From NCBI GenBank assembly GCA_964356795.1, contig CAYHIK010000005.1:10767-74766 (forward strand): 64,000 nt of DNA, given 5' to 3'. Positions 1 to 7,735 of the stretch are shown here, piece by piece (the first letter of the stretch is position 1; every line of letters starts with the position of its first letter). Source of the DNA: an uncultured Candidatus Saccharibacteria bacterium. GTDB taxonomy: Bacteria > Patescibacteriota > Minisyncoccia > 2-02-FULL-40-12 > GWA2-44-9. A program made the translations under genes and the position numbers. A model generated the notes under the pieces. That model ran no database searches. It worked only from the letters and a program-made list of their open reading frames with translations, and had not been told where the DNA came from.

Positions 1-677
1 CGCTTCGCAATTTCTTGAAGTATCTCGCAAAGCGTCAAATCAAATCGGTGGCACCCGAGCGGGTTGAGCTGGGCAAGCAAGAAGACAGGCAGGTGAGTTT
101 CCTGGAGCCTAGCGAGCTTGAGCGATTACTCGAGGCACCCGAGGGTGGCGACTTACCTGCGCTTCGCGACCGCGCAATGCTGGCTATGTTGTTCTCGACC
201 GGCATGCGCGTGTCGGAGTTGTGCTCACTTAATCGTGACATGGTGTCCATTGAGCGGGGAGAGGTGTCGGTGCGAGGAAAGGGTGGCAAGGTGCGCCCAG
301 TCTTCGTTTCCGAGGATGCCGCAGAGCACTTGAAGGCATACACGTCAGCGCGCGTCGATATAGACCCCGCGCTCTTCATCCGCATTCCGCGCAACAAGTC
401 ATTTGGGAAGTACGACAACCTGCGCCTCACTTCGCGCTCTATCCAGCGCATCGTGCATCAACACGCGACTGCTGCGGGCATCGTGGGCAAGCAGGTGAGC
501 CCACACACGCTGCGCCATTCATTTGCTACCGACCTTTTACGCAATGGCGCAGACATTCGCTCCGTGCAGGCAATGCTTGGCCACTCAAGCGTGACTACTA
601 CGCAAATTTACACCCATGTGACCGACAAAGGCCTCCGCGAAATCCACGCAAAGTTTCTAAAGGGACCGAAGAAATAA
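1..677 (+). CDS. Tyrosine site-specific recombinase, XerC/XerD-like. The frame is open to the window edge, so the gene is 5'-truncated and only the C-terminal ~220 aa are present.
   Basis: C-terminal catalytic region with conserved R...HxxR...Y spacing (LRHSFATDLLRNGADIRSVQAMLGHSSVTTTQIYTHV) and the LRDRAMLAMLFSTGMRVSEL core-binding motif. The frame continues to nt 1 with no stop. Confidence 0.8.
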   Translation, partial: LRNFLKYLAKRQIKSVAPERVELGKQEDRQVSFLEPSELERLLEAPEGGDLPALRDRAMLAMLFSTGMRVSELCSLNRDMVSIERGEVSVRGKGGKVRPVFVSEDAAEHLKAYTSARVDIDPALFIRIPRNKSFGKYDNLRLTSRSIQRIVHQHATAAGIVGKQVSPHTLRHSFATDLLRNGADIRSVQAMLGHSSVTTTQIYTHVTDKGLREIHAKFLKGPKK

Positions 678-707
678 AAAGCGAGCGCGTGAGGCGCTCG
701 CTGGGAG

Positions 708-1139
708 TCAGAGCTTCTTCATTTCTGTGGCGTAGAGAAGCATTTCTCGAGCGCCTCCACATATGCATCTGAAATGCACCTCGTATTGTCGCGCATGCAT
801 ACCGTTGAGTGCTCCGCCGAGCCACTTGCTGTTGTACTCCTCATCTGGCGGGTTCGGTGAAAGCACGCGGGCTACGACTGCCTCGATGCGGAATGAGCCC
901 TTCTTTTTGCTACACCTAGCCAGTTCGCGCCACGTAACCCTATCGCCAAGGGCAAACTTCTTTGGCTCTGTAGGCATTGCCGCGCATTTTTGTGCTTGCT
1001 TGAGAGTCGCATAGCCCGTACGGCAGATGTTGCAGAGGAACTCTACTTGCGTTCGCCTGCGTCGGATGATTTTACCGAGCTTCTTGTCCTGAATTTTGTC
1101 CATCTCCCACTCCCTTCGCCACCACTGCAATTTTATCAA
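708..1139 (-). CDS. Hypothetical protein with paired Cys motifs (CNIC..C, CICGG); possible zinc-binding protein.
   Basis: Long ORF in the gap between the recombinase and the amidotransferase; no recognisable family. Start uncertain (internal Met MDKIQDKK). Confidence 0.35.
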   Translation of the reverse strand: MIKLQWWRREWEMDKIQDKKLGKIIRRRRTQVEFLCNICRTGYATLKQAQKCAAMPTEPKKFALGDRVTWRELARCSKKKGSFRIEAVVARVLSPNPPDEEYNSKWLGGALNGMHARQYEVHFRCICGGAREMLLYATEMKKL

Positions 1140-1168
1140 GGTTCGTTCCTTGCGAAGTCGCGGAAAGT

Positions 1169-1927
1169 ATGCACAATATCTACTATATGTGCAAGGTACT
1201 CGTGCCTATGGCGACGCGGGGCGGGAAGGGGGAAGAAATTGGCGCGCTGAACTATGCGCGAATTCCATATGTGCGCCAACTCGTAGAGCGGGGGCTTGAG
1301 CCACGATTCGTGTCGATGCTGATGACGCCCGTAATGATCGCGCGGGCATACGATGAATCCGCTGGCATCCTCTGTATGGGTGGGGGCGATATTAATGCGC
1401 GCATGTATGGGCATACGAATCATGTACGGAATGACCGCGCAGAACCCGAACGCGACGTTATCGAAATCGCCCTGATTCGTATGGCGATGGCTGACCGGAA
1501 GCCAGTGCTCGGCATTTGTCGTGGCATGCAGGCAATTGCGGTAGCATCAGGCGGAACACTTCATCAACACATTCCAGATATCGTGCCCGACGAGGAGCAT
1601 GGTATTGGAGAGGGGAATGGCTACGATGCGCTTCGAGAGCGGGCATATCACGCGGTGCGTCTTGATGCCGACTCTCGCATTGCACGCATCATGGGTACGC
1701 ACGAGGTTCGTATGAATACGGGGCACCACCAGGCGGTGGCGTCGACGGGCGAGGTGGTCCGCGTATCGGGTCGCTCTCCGATGGGCATTGCTGAGTTCCT
1801 TGAGGGTGTCGATGATTCGTACTATTGTGTCGGTGTGCAGGGGCACCCCGAGGCGCAAGATGATATCGTCGCTCATGCGCTCTTTGATTCTTTTGCGAAC
1901 GCTGTACTAAATAATTCTTTTCGATGA
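1169..1927 (+). CDS. Class I glutamine amidotransferase-like / peptidase C26 (gamma-glutamyl hydrolase, PuuD-like).
   Basis: LGICRGMQ nucleophile-elbow Cys and C-terminal GVQGHPE His motif typical of GATase1/C26. Stop overlaps the next start (ATGA). Confidence 0.75.
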   Translation: MHNIYYMCKVLVPMATRGGKGEEIGALNYARIPYVRQLVERGLEPRFVSMLMTPVMIARAYDESAGILCMGGGDINARMYGHTNHVRNDRAEPERDVIEIALIRMAMADRKPVLGICRGMQAIAVASGGTLHQHIPDIVPDEEHGIGEGNGYDALRERAYHAVRLDADSRIARIMGTHEVRMNTGHHQAVASTGEVVRVSGRSPMGIAEFLEGVDDSYYCVGVQGHPEAQDDIVAHALFDSFANAVLNNSFR

Positions 1928-2439
1928 ATCAGAAAAAACTCATCATGATAGTTGTGGGATTGCTCGTGGTCGGTGCGGTGAGCTCCTATGGAAGCCGATA
2001 TTTTGCCGAGCGATCTATTGAGGGTTCGATCGAGGATGCGACTGGCGGTCGCGTGAACGTTGATAGCGATGGAGGTGATGTGACGATAAAGACTGATGAC
2101 GGTACCTGGACTTCAAGCGATGATTCGCTTCCCAAGGATTTTCCGAACGATGTTCCTGTGTATCCGGGCGCATCGATACAGGGTTCTATCGGCACGACAA
2201 GCGGAAGCGAGGGGAATGGAAACTATGTCGGACTCGAATCGACAGACGCATTTGCTGTCGTAGTCGCATGGTACCAGAAAGAGGTTGCTGAAAAGGGGTG
2301 GAGTATCGTGTCAAACCTCAACGTAGACAACGTTGTCAGCTTGAGTGCATCGAAGGATAATCGAACACTTGTGGTGAGTATCACCAAGGACGCTGATTCT
2401 GGAAAGGTTGGCATTGGCCTCTTTGTGTCGCAGAAGTAA
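1924..2439 (+). CDS. Hypothetical membrane-anchored/secreted protein.
   Basis: N-terminal hydrophobic segment (LIMIVVGLLVVGAV) followed by a Gly/Ser/Asp-rich ectodomain; translationally coupled to the upstream gene. Confidence 0.5.
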   Translation: MNQKKLIMIVVGLLVVGAVSSYGSRYFAERSIEGSIEDATGGRVNVDSDGGDVTIKTDDGTWTSSDDSLPKDFPNDVPVYPGASIQGSIGTTSGSEGNGNYVGLESTDAFAVVVAWYQKEVAEKGWSIVSNLNVDNVVSLSASKDNRTLVVSITKDADSGKVGIGLFVSQK

Positions 2440-2579
2440 TGGGGGCTCGAATAGGAGTGAGCTATTGCGTAGAGGGTCAAAAGTGTGTTACGGTGCAAGT
2501 GTATTGACTGGTATGCCGACTCTTTCGTGGTCATACGGCGCCTCTGGTGTCGTAGTCGTGCGGCGAGCGGTCATAAATC

Positions 2580-2738
2580 ATGGACGAGAAGAAATGTTCC
2601 TCATGCGAAGGCATTGAGTTCGCAGATGGTAAGTGTGCGAAGTGTGGCGCTGAAGAGCCAAAGGTAGAGGTTTCTGCACCAGCAGAGGTCTCTGAGCCTG
2701 TAGAGGCTCCTGCACCAGAAGAAACGCCCGCACAGTAG
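2580..2738 (+). CDS. Small zinc-ribbon protein (52 aa, CxxC-x9-CxxC) with a Pro/Glu/Ala-rich tail; absent from the ORF track because it is under 60 aa.
   Basis: ATG at 2580, stop TAG at 2736-2738, four Cys in zinc-ribbon spacing, immediately followed by an intrinsic terminator. Confidence 0.45.
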   Translation: MDEKKCSSCEGIEFADGKCAKCGAEEPKVEVSAPAEVSEPVEAPAPEETPAQ

Positions 2739-2750
2739 TCTGTAGCAAAA

Positions 2751-2779
2751 AACCGAGTTCATCCGAGCTCGGTTTTTTA
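2751..2779 (+). terminator. Rho-independent terminator downstream of the small zinc-ribbon ORF.
   Basis: AACCGAG...CTCGGTT stem (contains the palindrome CCGAGCTCGG) followed by TTTTTT. Confidence 0.6.
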
Positions 2780-2782
2780 ATG

Positions 2783-2979
2783 TGTGCTCTCGGCAGGAAT
2801 CACCCTCCACTCTCGGCGTCGCCAGTCGCGACGTCTCGGTTTCAGGCTCCCGCCCTCGCGGTGTCGGCTTCTACCGCCACATCGCTCCGGGCTTCGATTC
2901 CTGCCGACGGGATAGCATCTGCAAAACAACGCCGAGCCAAATGGCTCAGCATTGTTTTGATGTGCTCTCGGCAGGAATC
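2783..2979 (-). repeat. Repeats derived from the tRNA-Arg 3' end: 19-bp direct repeats at 2783-2801 and 2961-2979, plus an inverted 15-bp copy (TTCGATTCCTGCCGA) at 2893-2907.
   Basis: The identical string tgtgctctcggcaggaatc occurs twice in the same orientation; the second copy is the actual tRNA-Arg 3' end. The reverse-sense T-arm/acceptor fragment lies between them. Confidence 0.7.
2925..2957 (-). terminator. Hairpin terminator following the tRNA-Arg 3' end on the minus strand.
   Basis: Nested inverted repeat (CAAAACAA...GAGCCAaatGGCTC...TTGTTTTG) followed by a T-rich stretch in minus orientation. Confidence 0.45.
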
Positions 2980-3034
2980 GAACCTGCATTTCCGGCTTCG
3001 GAGGCTAGCGTCCTATCCATTGAACGACAAGAGC
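2963..3034 (-). tRNA. tRNA-Arg (anticodon CCG).
   Basis: Manual cloverleaf fold: acceptor GCTCTTG/CGAGAGC, D-arm GTTC/GGAC, anticodon loop CTCCGAA, T-arm GCAGG-TTCGATT-CCTGC. One A-C mismatch in the anticodon stem. CCA not encoded. Confidence 0.8.
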
Positions 3035-3045
3035 TGACATTGCGG

Positions 3046-3129
3046 TGCCTGGGGTCGGACTCGAACCGACACGGCCTTGCGGCCACAACATTTTAAGTGT
3101 TGCGAGTCTACCGATTTCTCCACCCAGGC
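3046..3129 (-). tRNA. tRNA-Leu (anticodon UAA), type II with a long variable arm.
   Basis: Acceptor GCCTGGG/CCCAGGC, anticodon stem CAACA/TGTTG with loop CTTAAAA, variable arm TGGCCGCAAGGCCGT, T-arm GTCGG-TTCGAGT-CCGAC, discriminator A. Confidence 0.85.
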
Positions 3130-3141
3130 AGAAATGAACTG

Positions 3142-3214
3142 AGGTGCCGGCGGGATTTGCACCCGCGAATGTCGGTTTTGCAGACCGATGTGTTAGCTAC
3201 TTCACCACGGCACC
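3142..3214 (-). tRNA. tRNA-Cys (anticodon GCA).
   Basis: Acceptor GGTGCCG/CGGCACC, anticodon stem TCGGT/ACCGA with loop CTGCAAA, T-arm GCGGG-TGCAAAT-CCCGC, discriminator U73 as expected for Cys. Confidence 0.85.
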
Positions 3215-3892
3215 ATTACGCATTCTCAAATACCTACGCATCACCGCTCTCTTTCTTTCAAGATATAGATGATGGGGCACTCTTCTGTACAAGAAGGTGC
3301 ACAATATAATACTATCATGAGTTGAATATCGCAATTGGAAGGATCGATGTGATACGCTGATCTTTCTCTTTTGTAGCTCAAGTCTCGCTCTTACGACCTC
3401 TTCAAGGCCGCAAAGGAAGTTTCGACTTCCTGAGGTGAAGATAGTCGACAGGCGTTTTAATATCCGCTGGCCTCTCTTTCCTGTGCCCATTTCTAGGTAA
3501 ATACATCCATCACCATCAAGATATCCTCGGATGAAATGAGCCAGATACGAGGATGGTACGTTTGGGAAGGGAATTGTCAGTGATTTATTTGGGTAAAGGC
3601 CCAACCTTGTAAGATCGTCGAAAATCTTATGACTCCCTATCCTTAGCGTATAGCGTGGCTTCCCAGGATATTTGACATCGTGTCGCAATGGCGTGATGGT
3701 ATGCTCGGAGCCCATCCACTCTCGCATGCGTTCAAGCATTATCCTGTCAGTGCTCGTTACGCTTGTATATTTCCCACGCATATACGGAGCATCCGTGAGG
3801 GATCCGTCGGCATAGAGGTAACCGAGAAGATAGGCCATTCTTGGGTGCCACCTGGAAAAGAAGTCCTCATTGACGGCATATTTTATCCCCAC
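3197..3892 (-). CDS. Free-standing double-motif LAGLIDADG homing endonuclease.
   Basis: Two LAGLIDADG motifs (LLGYLYADGS near residue 22; IRGYLDGDGC near residue 125) about 100 aa apart, as in monomeric I-SceI/I-DmoI-type enzymes. The last 6 codons (GAVVK*) are encoded by the first 18 nt of tRNA-Cys. Confidence 0.8.
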   Translation of the reverse strand: MGIKYAVNEDFFSRWHPRMAYLLGYLYADGSLTDAPYMRGKYTSVTSTDRIMLERMREWMGSEHTITPLRHDVKYPGKPRYTLRIGSHKIFDDLTRLGLYPNKSLTIPFPNVPSSYLAHFIRGYLDGDGCIYLEMGTGKRGQRILKRLSTIFTSGSRNFLCGLEEVVRARLELQKRKISVSHRSFQLRYSTHDSIILCTFLYRRVPHHLYLERKRAVMRRYLRMRNGAVVK

Positions 3893-3930
3893 GCACCAAT
3901 TATAGGTGGTAATAGGTAGCTATGTAAACT

Positions 3931-5478
3931 CTATAACGACTGCGCGACCTGCGCTTCGGTGATGAACTCTATTGTATCACCTTCCTGAATTTTGCCGTCG
4001 AATCCTGAGGTGTCAATGCGCATACCACACTCAACGCCTTGTCCAACTTCTGACACATCTTCTTTTTCCTGCTGAAGGCTCGTGATTTTCCCAATACGTG
4101 TGGGCGTCTCGCCGCGCATGAGATCAGCAATTGCACCCTTCTTCACGACACCCGAAACGACACGCCCTCCAAGGATAATCGTGCGAGCTTCGGTCTTGAA
4201 GATTGCAAGTACGCGGAGTTTTCCGACGACGGTGCGCTCGGTGGTGCTGGGTAAGAGTGTGGTGAGTTCATTTCGAACCGCTTCGATGAGTTCGTAGATG
4301 ATGTCGAATGAGCGGATGATGATTGCGTCGCGCTCGGCAAGTTTCTGTGCAGCGGATTCAGTTTGCACTCGGAACCCAATTACGATGGCTCCCTTCGCGG
4401 CGGCGGTCTTCACGTCTGCCTCGGAGATGTTGCCAATGCCAGAGCTGAGCACGCGTACGCCGACCTGCTCGCTCTTGATGGCGCCCAGTGACAACTCGAT
4501 TGCTTCCAGCGAGCTTGCAACGTCTGCTTTGAAGATAACATTCAGCGTGAGGCGCTTTGTATCGGCGGTGTATTCACCGCGGTAGGTATCAAATGCCACA
4601 GGCGGGGGAGTGACCGAATCCGCGGCGAGCTCTTCGGCTGCTTTCTTTGCGCCCGCGGTTCGGAATTGCTCGCCAACGCGTGGCGCCTCTTGCCATCCCG
4701 TAATCACTACGGGTTGCGAGGGGCGTGCCGTATCAATGATGACGCCATTAAAATCTTCCATACTCTTCACTTTGCCGACGACATGACCAACCACAATCCA
4801 GTCGCCGACGCGGAGGATGCCGTGTTGCACGAGTGCTGTTGCCACATATCCTCGACGCTTATCGAGATTTGATTCGATGATGATGCCATCAGCTGGCCCA
4901 CTCACGTGCTCCTTGAGTTCAGCGAGTTCAGCGACGAGGAGCACCATCTCGAGAAGTTCGGGTATTCCTGCACCAGTTTTTGCAGAGATTTCAATTGCGG
5001 GAGTTTGCCCGCCCCACTCTTCGACGAGCACATCTTCTTGGGCGAGGTCTTGCTTGACCTTGGCGGAGGTAGCGCCTTCTTTGTCTATTTTGTTGATTGC
5101 GACGATGCAGGGGATGCCAGCGTCTTTGATGATGCGGATTGCTTCTTTGGTCTGCGGTTTTACCGATTCATCGGCAGCGATGACGAGAATAGCAATATCG
5201 GCAACTTTCGCACCGCGGCTTCGGATTGCAGTAAACGCTTCGTGGCCCGGGGTGTCGAGGAACGTGATGAGTTTGCCATTCGCTTCTGCTTGATAGGCGC
5301 CGATGTGTTGAGTGATACCCCCTGATTCGCCCTCAATGACATTCGCTTTACGAATGGTATCGAGGAGCTTCGTTTTGCCATGGTCAACATGCCCCAACAC
5401 GACCACGACGGGAGGACGCAACGTTTCCGCTGATTTTTGAGTGGTTGAGGGTGCCATAGCGACGTTGAAGGATACCAC
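3931..5478 (-). CDS. infB: Translation initiation factor IF-2 (short form starting at the G domain).
   Basis: G1 motif VVVVLGHVDHGKTKLLD, DTPGHEAF, NKID, plus the conserved C-terminal beta-barrel domains. Confidence 0.9.
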   Translation of the reverse strand: MVSFNVAMAPSTTQKSAETLRPPVVVVLGHVDHGKTKLLDTIRKANVIEGESGGITQHIGAYQAEANGKLITFLDTPGHEAFTAIRSRGAKVADIAILVIAADESVKPQTKEAIRIIKDAGIPCIVAINKIDKEGATSAKVKQDLAQEDVLVEEWGGQTPAIEISAKTGAGIPELLEMVLLVAELAELKEHVSGPADGIIIESNLDKRRGYVATALVQHGILRVGDWIVVGHVVGKVKSMEDFNGVIIDTARPSQPVVITGWQEAPRVGEQFRTAGAKKAAEELAADSVTPPPVAFDTYRGEYTADTKRLTLNVIFKADVASSLEAIELSLGAIKSEQVGVRVLSSGIGNISEADVKTAAAKGAIVIGFRVQTESAAQKLAERDAIIIRSFDIIYELIEAVRNELTTLLPSTTERTVVGKLRVLAIFKTEARTIILGGRVVSGVVKKGAIADLMRGETPTRIGKITSLQQEKEDVSEVGQGVECGMRIDTSGFDGKIQEGDTIEFITEAQVAQSL

Positions 5479-5517
5479 AGAAAATGTGGTATAGCAACGA
5501 TTTGATTGTGCGGACGC

Positions 5518-5838
5518 TTAGAGAATTCCTTCCTTGCGAAGGGCGGCTACAATGGAGTAGTCGGTGCGACCCGACTCATGCCGGTGCTTTAAGTCAGCTT
5601 CAATGACGTCCCAGATGGATACTTTGACGATGTGATCGTTGTCGACTTGGATGGGGAGCTTTTCCATTTTGTGGACGTGTTCAGTGATGTGGTGGCCCTC
5701 GTTGTCTACGAGATCGTAGATGAAGTACTGAGTGTCTTCTCGAAGATTTGCATCGGGATAGCGTTCGCGCAACTCAGCCATACGAGTTTCGATCTTTTCA
5801 ATAGAACGTTCTCCGCTTGGTGTCTCGTGGTGTTTCAT
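5518..5838 (-). CDS. Hypothetical protein (106 aa). The track ORF was trimmed to the internal ATG that abuts the upstream gene.
   Basis: Begins MKHHETPSGERSIEK; it starts 9 nt after the stop of the upstream membrane-protein gene. The track's 188-aa version overlaps that gene. Confidence 0.5.
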   Translation of the reverse strand: MKHHETPSGERSIEKIETRMAELRERYPDANLREDTQYFIYDLVDNEGHHITEHVHKMEKLPIQVDNDHIVKVSIWDVIEADLKHRHESGRTDYSIVAALRKEGIL

Positions 5839-5846
5839 GGGTGACG

Positions 5847-6275
5847 CTATTTGTACGATGAACGAATCTGGAACAAGACGTACAGCGAAATGCCCGTGCC
5901 AATCAAGAATCCAAAGATGTCGAAGCGGATAAGCGAGCCAACTGCATTCAAGAGTGTGCTGTAGTATAGGAGCTTCCAGCCTGATGCGCGGTGAGCAAAG
6001 AGTCCAGAAACGGCGAGCGCAAGACATACCGCACTTGCAAGCGTGAGAACAGCGCCAAGAATGCCCCCGCCAGCGTACATCCATGCACCCGATGCAAGCA
6101 TCATCTTGCCCGCCATAGCGCTAAAGCCAAACAATGCCAGAATGAACGGCAATGCAAGCACGATACTTACGAGTGCGTAGTACGGAGCTACCTTTATGAG
6201 AAACGACTTAACGTTTGCAGGGAGACTGGGGAGGCCCGCAAACAGATCCGATAACATTTTTTCGAGTTCCTTCAT
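5847..6275 (-). CDS. Hypothetical integral membrane protein (about 4 TM helices).
   Basis: Strongly hydrophobic segments; likely in an operon with the 106-aa downstream gene. Confidence 0.55.
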   Translation of the reverse strand: MKELEKMLSDLFAGLPSLPANVKSFLIKVAPYYALVSIVLALPFILALFGFSAMAGKMMLASGAWMYAGGGILGAVLTLASAVCLALAVSGLFAHRASGWKLLYYSTLLNAVGSLIRFDIFGFLIGTGISLYVLFQIRSSYK

Positions 6276-6340
6276 ATAAATATGATATTAATACGTGCCA
6301 CTATGGTATCACGAGCGCGTGGGGGATGCTATGGAAACTG

Positions 6341-6981
6341 TGCGGAGAGGGTGGGATTCGCCCTCAATTCTTTCGGAAAAAATTTGGGGGCTATCCATAA
6401 AAACTAATTCAGTTTTGAGTAAACTATCTTAAGCATTTCTTGCGGAGATAATTTACTACTATCAATTATACAAAAGTCGTCAAAAGATTTCGACTGCTGT
6501 GCTTTGAAGGTGAAGTCGAAACGATTTTTGTCAAAATCTTTACCCCTGCTTTCGTCTCGCTCCTTCACTCGTGAATGTAATACATCATAAGGTGCAATGA
6601 GAGAAAACTTGTGGAATTGAACACCATACTCATTTGAAATCATTTCGAGCCTTTTCAAGCGTTCTTCTGAAATGCCACTATCAATTACAGCATTTTTATT
6701 TTGCTCAAAAACTCCTTTCAATTTTTCAGTTATAATCTCAAACGCTCTTTTGTTGTCGCTATCTATCGAATCGGTTCTTTCAAGAAGTTTTCTCTCATTG
6801 TCCAAACTGAAAAATTCTGTATTAGAAAGATTGTTTTTGAGCAATTCTGAAAGTGTAGATTTTCCTGAACCTTTTGGCCCATCAAGAAGAATTAGATAGT
6901 TTTTCATATTAAACTTTCAATATTTCTAGTTCTCATATAACTTTTCGTGCAACTCTCTATTTGCGGAGAGGGTGGGATTCG
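6341..6981 (-). mobile_element. tRNA-associated integrated islet: a ~600 bp AT-rich (~30% GC) segment carrying a P-loop kinase gene, bounded by 20-bp direct repeats of the tRNA 3' end (att-like).
   Basis: tgcggagagggtgggattcg occurs at 6341-6360 and again at 6962-6981 (the 3' end of the tRNA at 6964-7050). GC content of the intervening DNA is far below the window average. Confidence 0.55.
6404..6907 (-). CDS. P-loop NTPase / small-molecule kinase-like protein (Walker A GPKGSGKST).
   Basis: N-terminal Walker A motif followed by a kinase-like architecture; very low GC and AT-rich codon usage relative to neighbours. Confidence 0.6.
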   Translation of the reverse strand: MKNYLILLDGPKGSGKSTLSELLKNNLSNTEFFSLDNERKLLERTDSIDSDNKRAFEIITEKLKGVFEQNKNAVIDSGISEERLKRLEMISNEYGVQFHKFSLIAPYDVLHSRVKERDESRGKDFDKNRFDFTFKAQQSKSFDDFCIIDSSKLSPQEMLKIVYSKLN

Positions 6982-7050
6982 AACCCACGAGACTCGTGAG
7001 AGTCCGGCGGTTTAGTAAACCGCTGCTTTCAACCACTCAGCCACCTCTCC
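6964..7050 (-). tRNA. Type II (Ser-like) tRNA with anticodon loop TTACTAA, formally anticodon ACU (A34); discriminator G73.
   Basis: Acceptor GGAGAGG/CCTCTCC, D-arm GCT...AGC, anticodon stem GCGGT/ACCGC, 18-nt variable arm (GGACTC-TCAC-GAGTCT), T-arm GTGGG-TTCGAAT-CCCAC. Aligns position-by-position with bacterial tRNA-Ser but has A rather than G at position 34. Confidence 0.7.
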
Positions 7051-7084
7051 AGGGGTGAATACTAGACCACTCTATACAATCTTT

Positions 7085-7117
7085 CCGAATTTTAAAACCC
7101 CAACATCACGAAGATGT
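7085..7117 (-). terminator. Rho-independent terminator for the minus-strand gene at 7130-7561.
   Basis: CCCCAACATC...GATGTTGGGG 10-bp stem followed by a T-tract in minus orientation. Confidence 0.5.
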
Positions 7118-7129
7118 TGGGGTGGTTAA

Positions 7130-7561
7130 TTAGGGCCTGCTTGTTTGCGTAGACGCCGCTCGCAGTAGTGGGGCGAAGCGGGCGGTGAGCGATGGGAAGA
7201 TTCTGACCAAATTCGTCAAAATGTCCGGTAGTGCTTGATGGACCAGCTGGACGTGACTCATTTCGATCGCGCTGGATCCCCAGTCGGCCGAGTAGGCGTA
7301 CACACCACGACCTCCCACGTGAACAGAAGCGTTAATTCCGACGTGGTCTCGCTTACACATGATGATTTCCCAGCTGAGCCCGGGAGTGGTGAATGCGCAA
7401 ATGATCTCGTGATAGCGAAAATGGGCGACATCCTGTTTGGTGAGGAATCCTCGGGCGATCCCGATGATAGCATCGATTTCCCATTTCATCTGGTTAAGTC
7501 TTTGAGAGCCCGCCAGAATTTGCTGGATTTGCTTCATGTTAACTGCAATTTCGTTTTCCAC
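7130..7561 (-). CDS. Hypothetical protein (143 aa).
   Basis: ORF with normal GC and a downstream terminator; no recognisable motifs. Confidence 0.5.
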   Translation of the reverse strand: MENEIAVNMKQIQQILAGSQRLNQMKWEIDAIIGIARGFLTKQDVAHFRYHEIICAFTTPGLSWEIIMCKRDHVGINASVHVGGRGVYAYSADWGSSAIEMSHVQLVHQALPDILTNLVRIFPSLTARFAPLLRAASTQTSRP

Positions 7562-7735
7562 TGATTCGGCTCCTGTATCCAGGGCCCCCTATCGGGGTCG
7601 GTTGTGAACGTGCTGCTACTGGCGGGGACGATGTCCCGAAATTAGAACCAAAACGGCTTAATTTCAGGAGCGTTGATAAAATGGTACGGGATTTAAGGCG
7701 AATATTCAACGAAAATCCTGCCTTATTCGATATTC

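Noticed and set aside
2880-2925. Possible plus-strand tRNA suggested by a TTCGATTCC T-loop-like motif.
   Set aside because: No complementary T-stem or acceptor could be formed. The motif is an inverted partial copy of the tRNA-Arg 3' end and was reported as a repeat instead.
4298-5325. Multiple 95-158-aa plus-strand ORFs inside infB.
   Set aside because: They are antisense to conserved infB and are Ser/Ala/Arg-rich junk.
5518-6084. Track ORF of 188 aa extending over the upstream membrane-protein gene.
   Set aside because: The N-terminal 82 aa overlap the 5847-6275 gene in another frame. An internal ATG at 5838 sits 9 nt after that gene's stop, so the gene was trimmed to 5518-5838.
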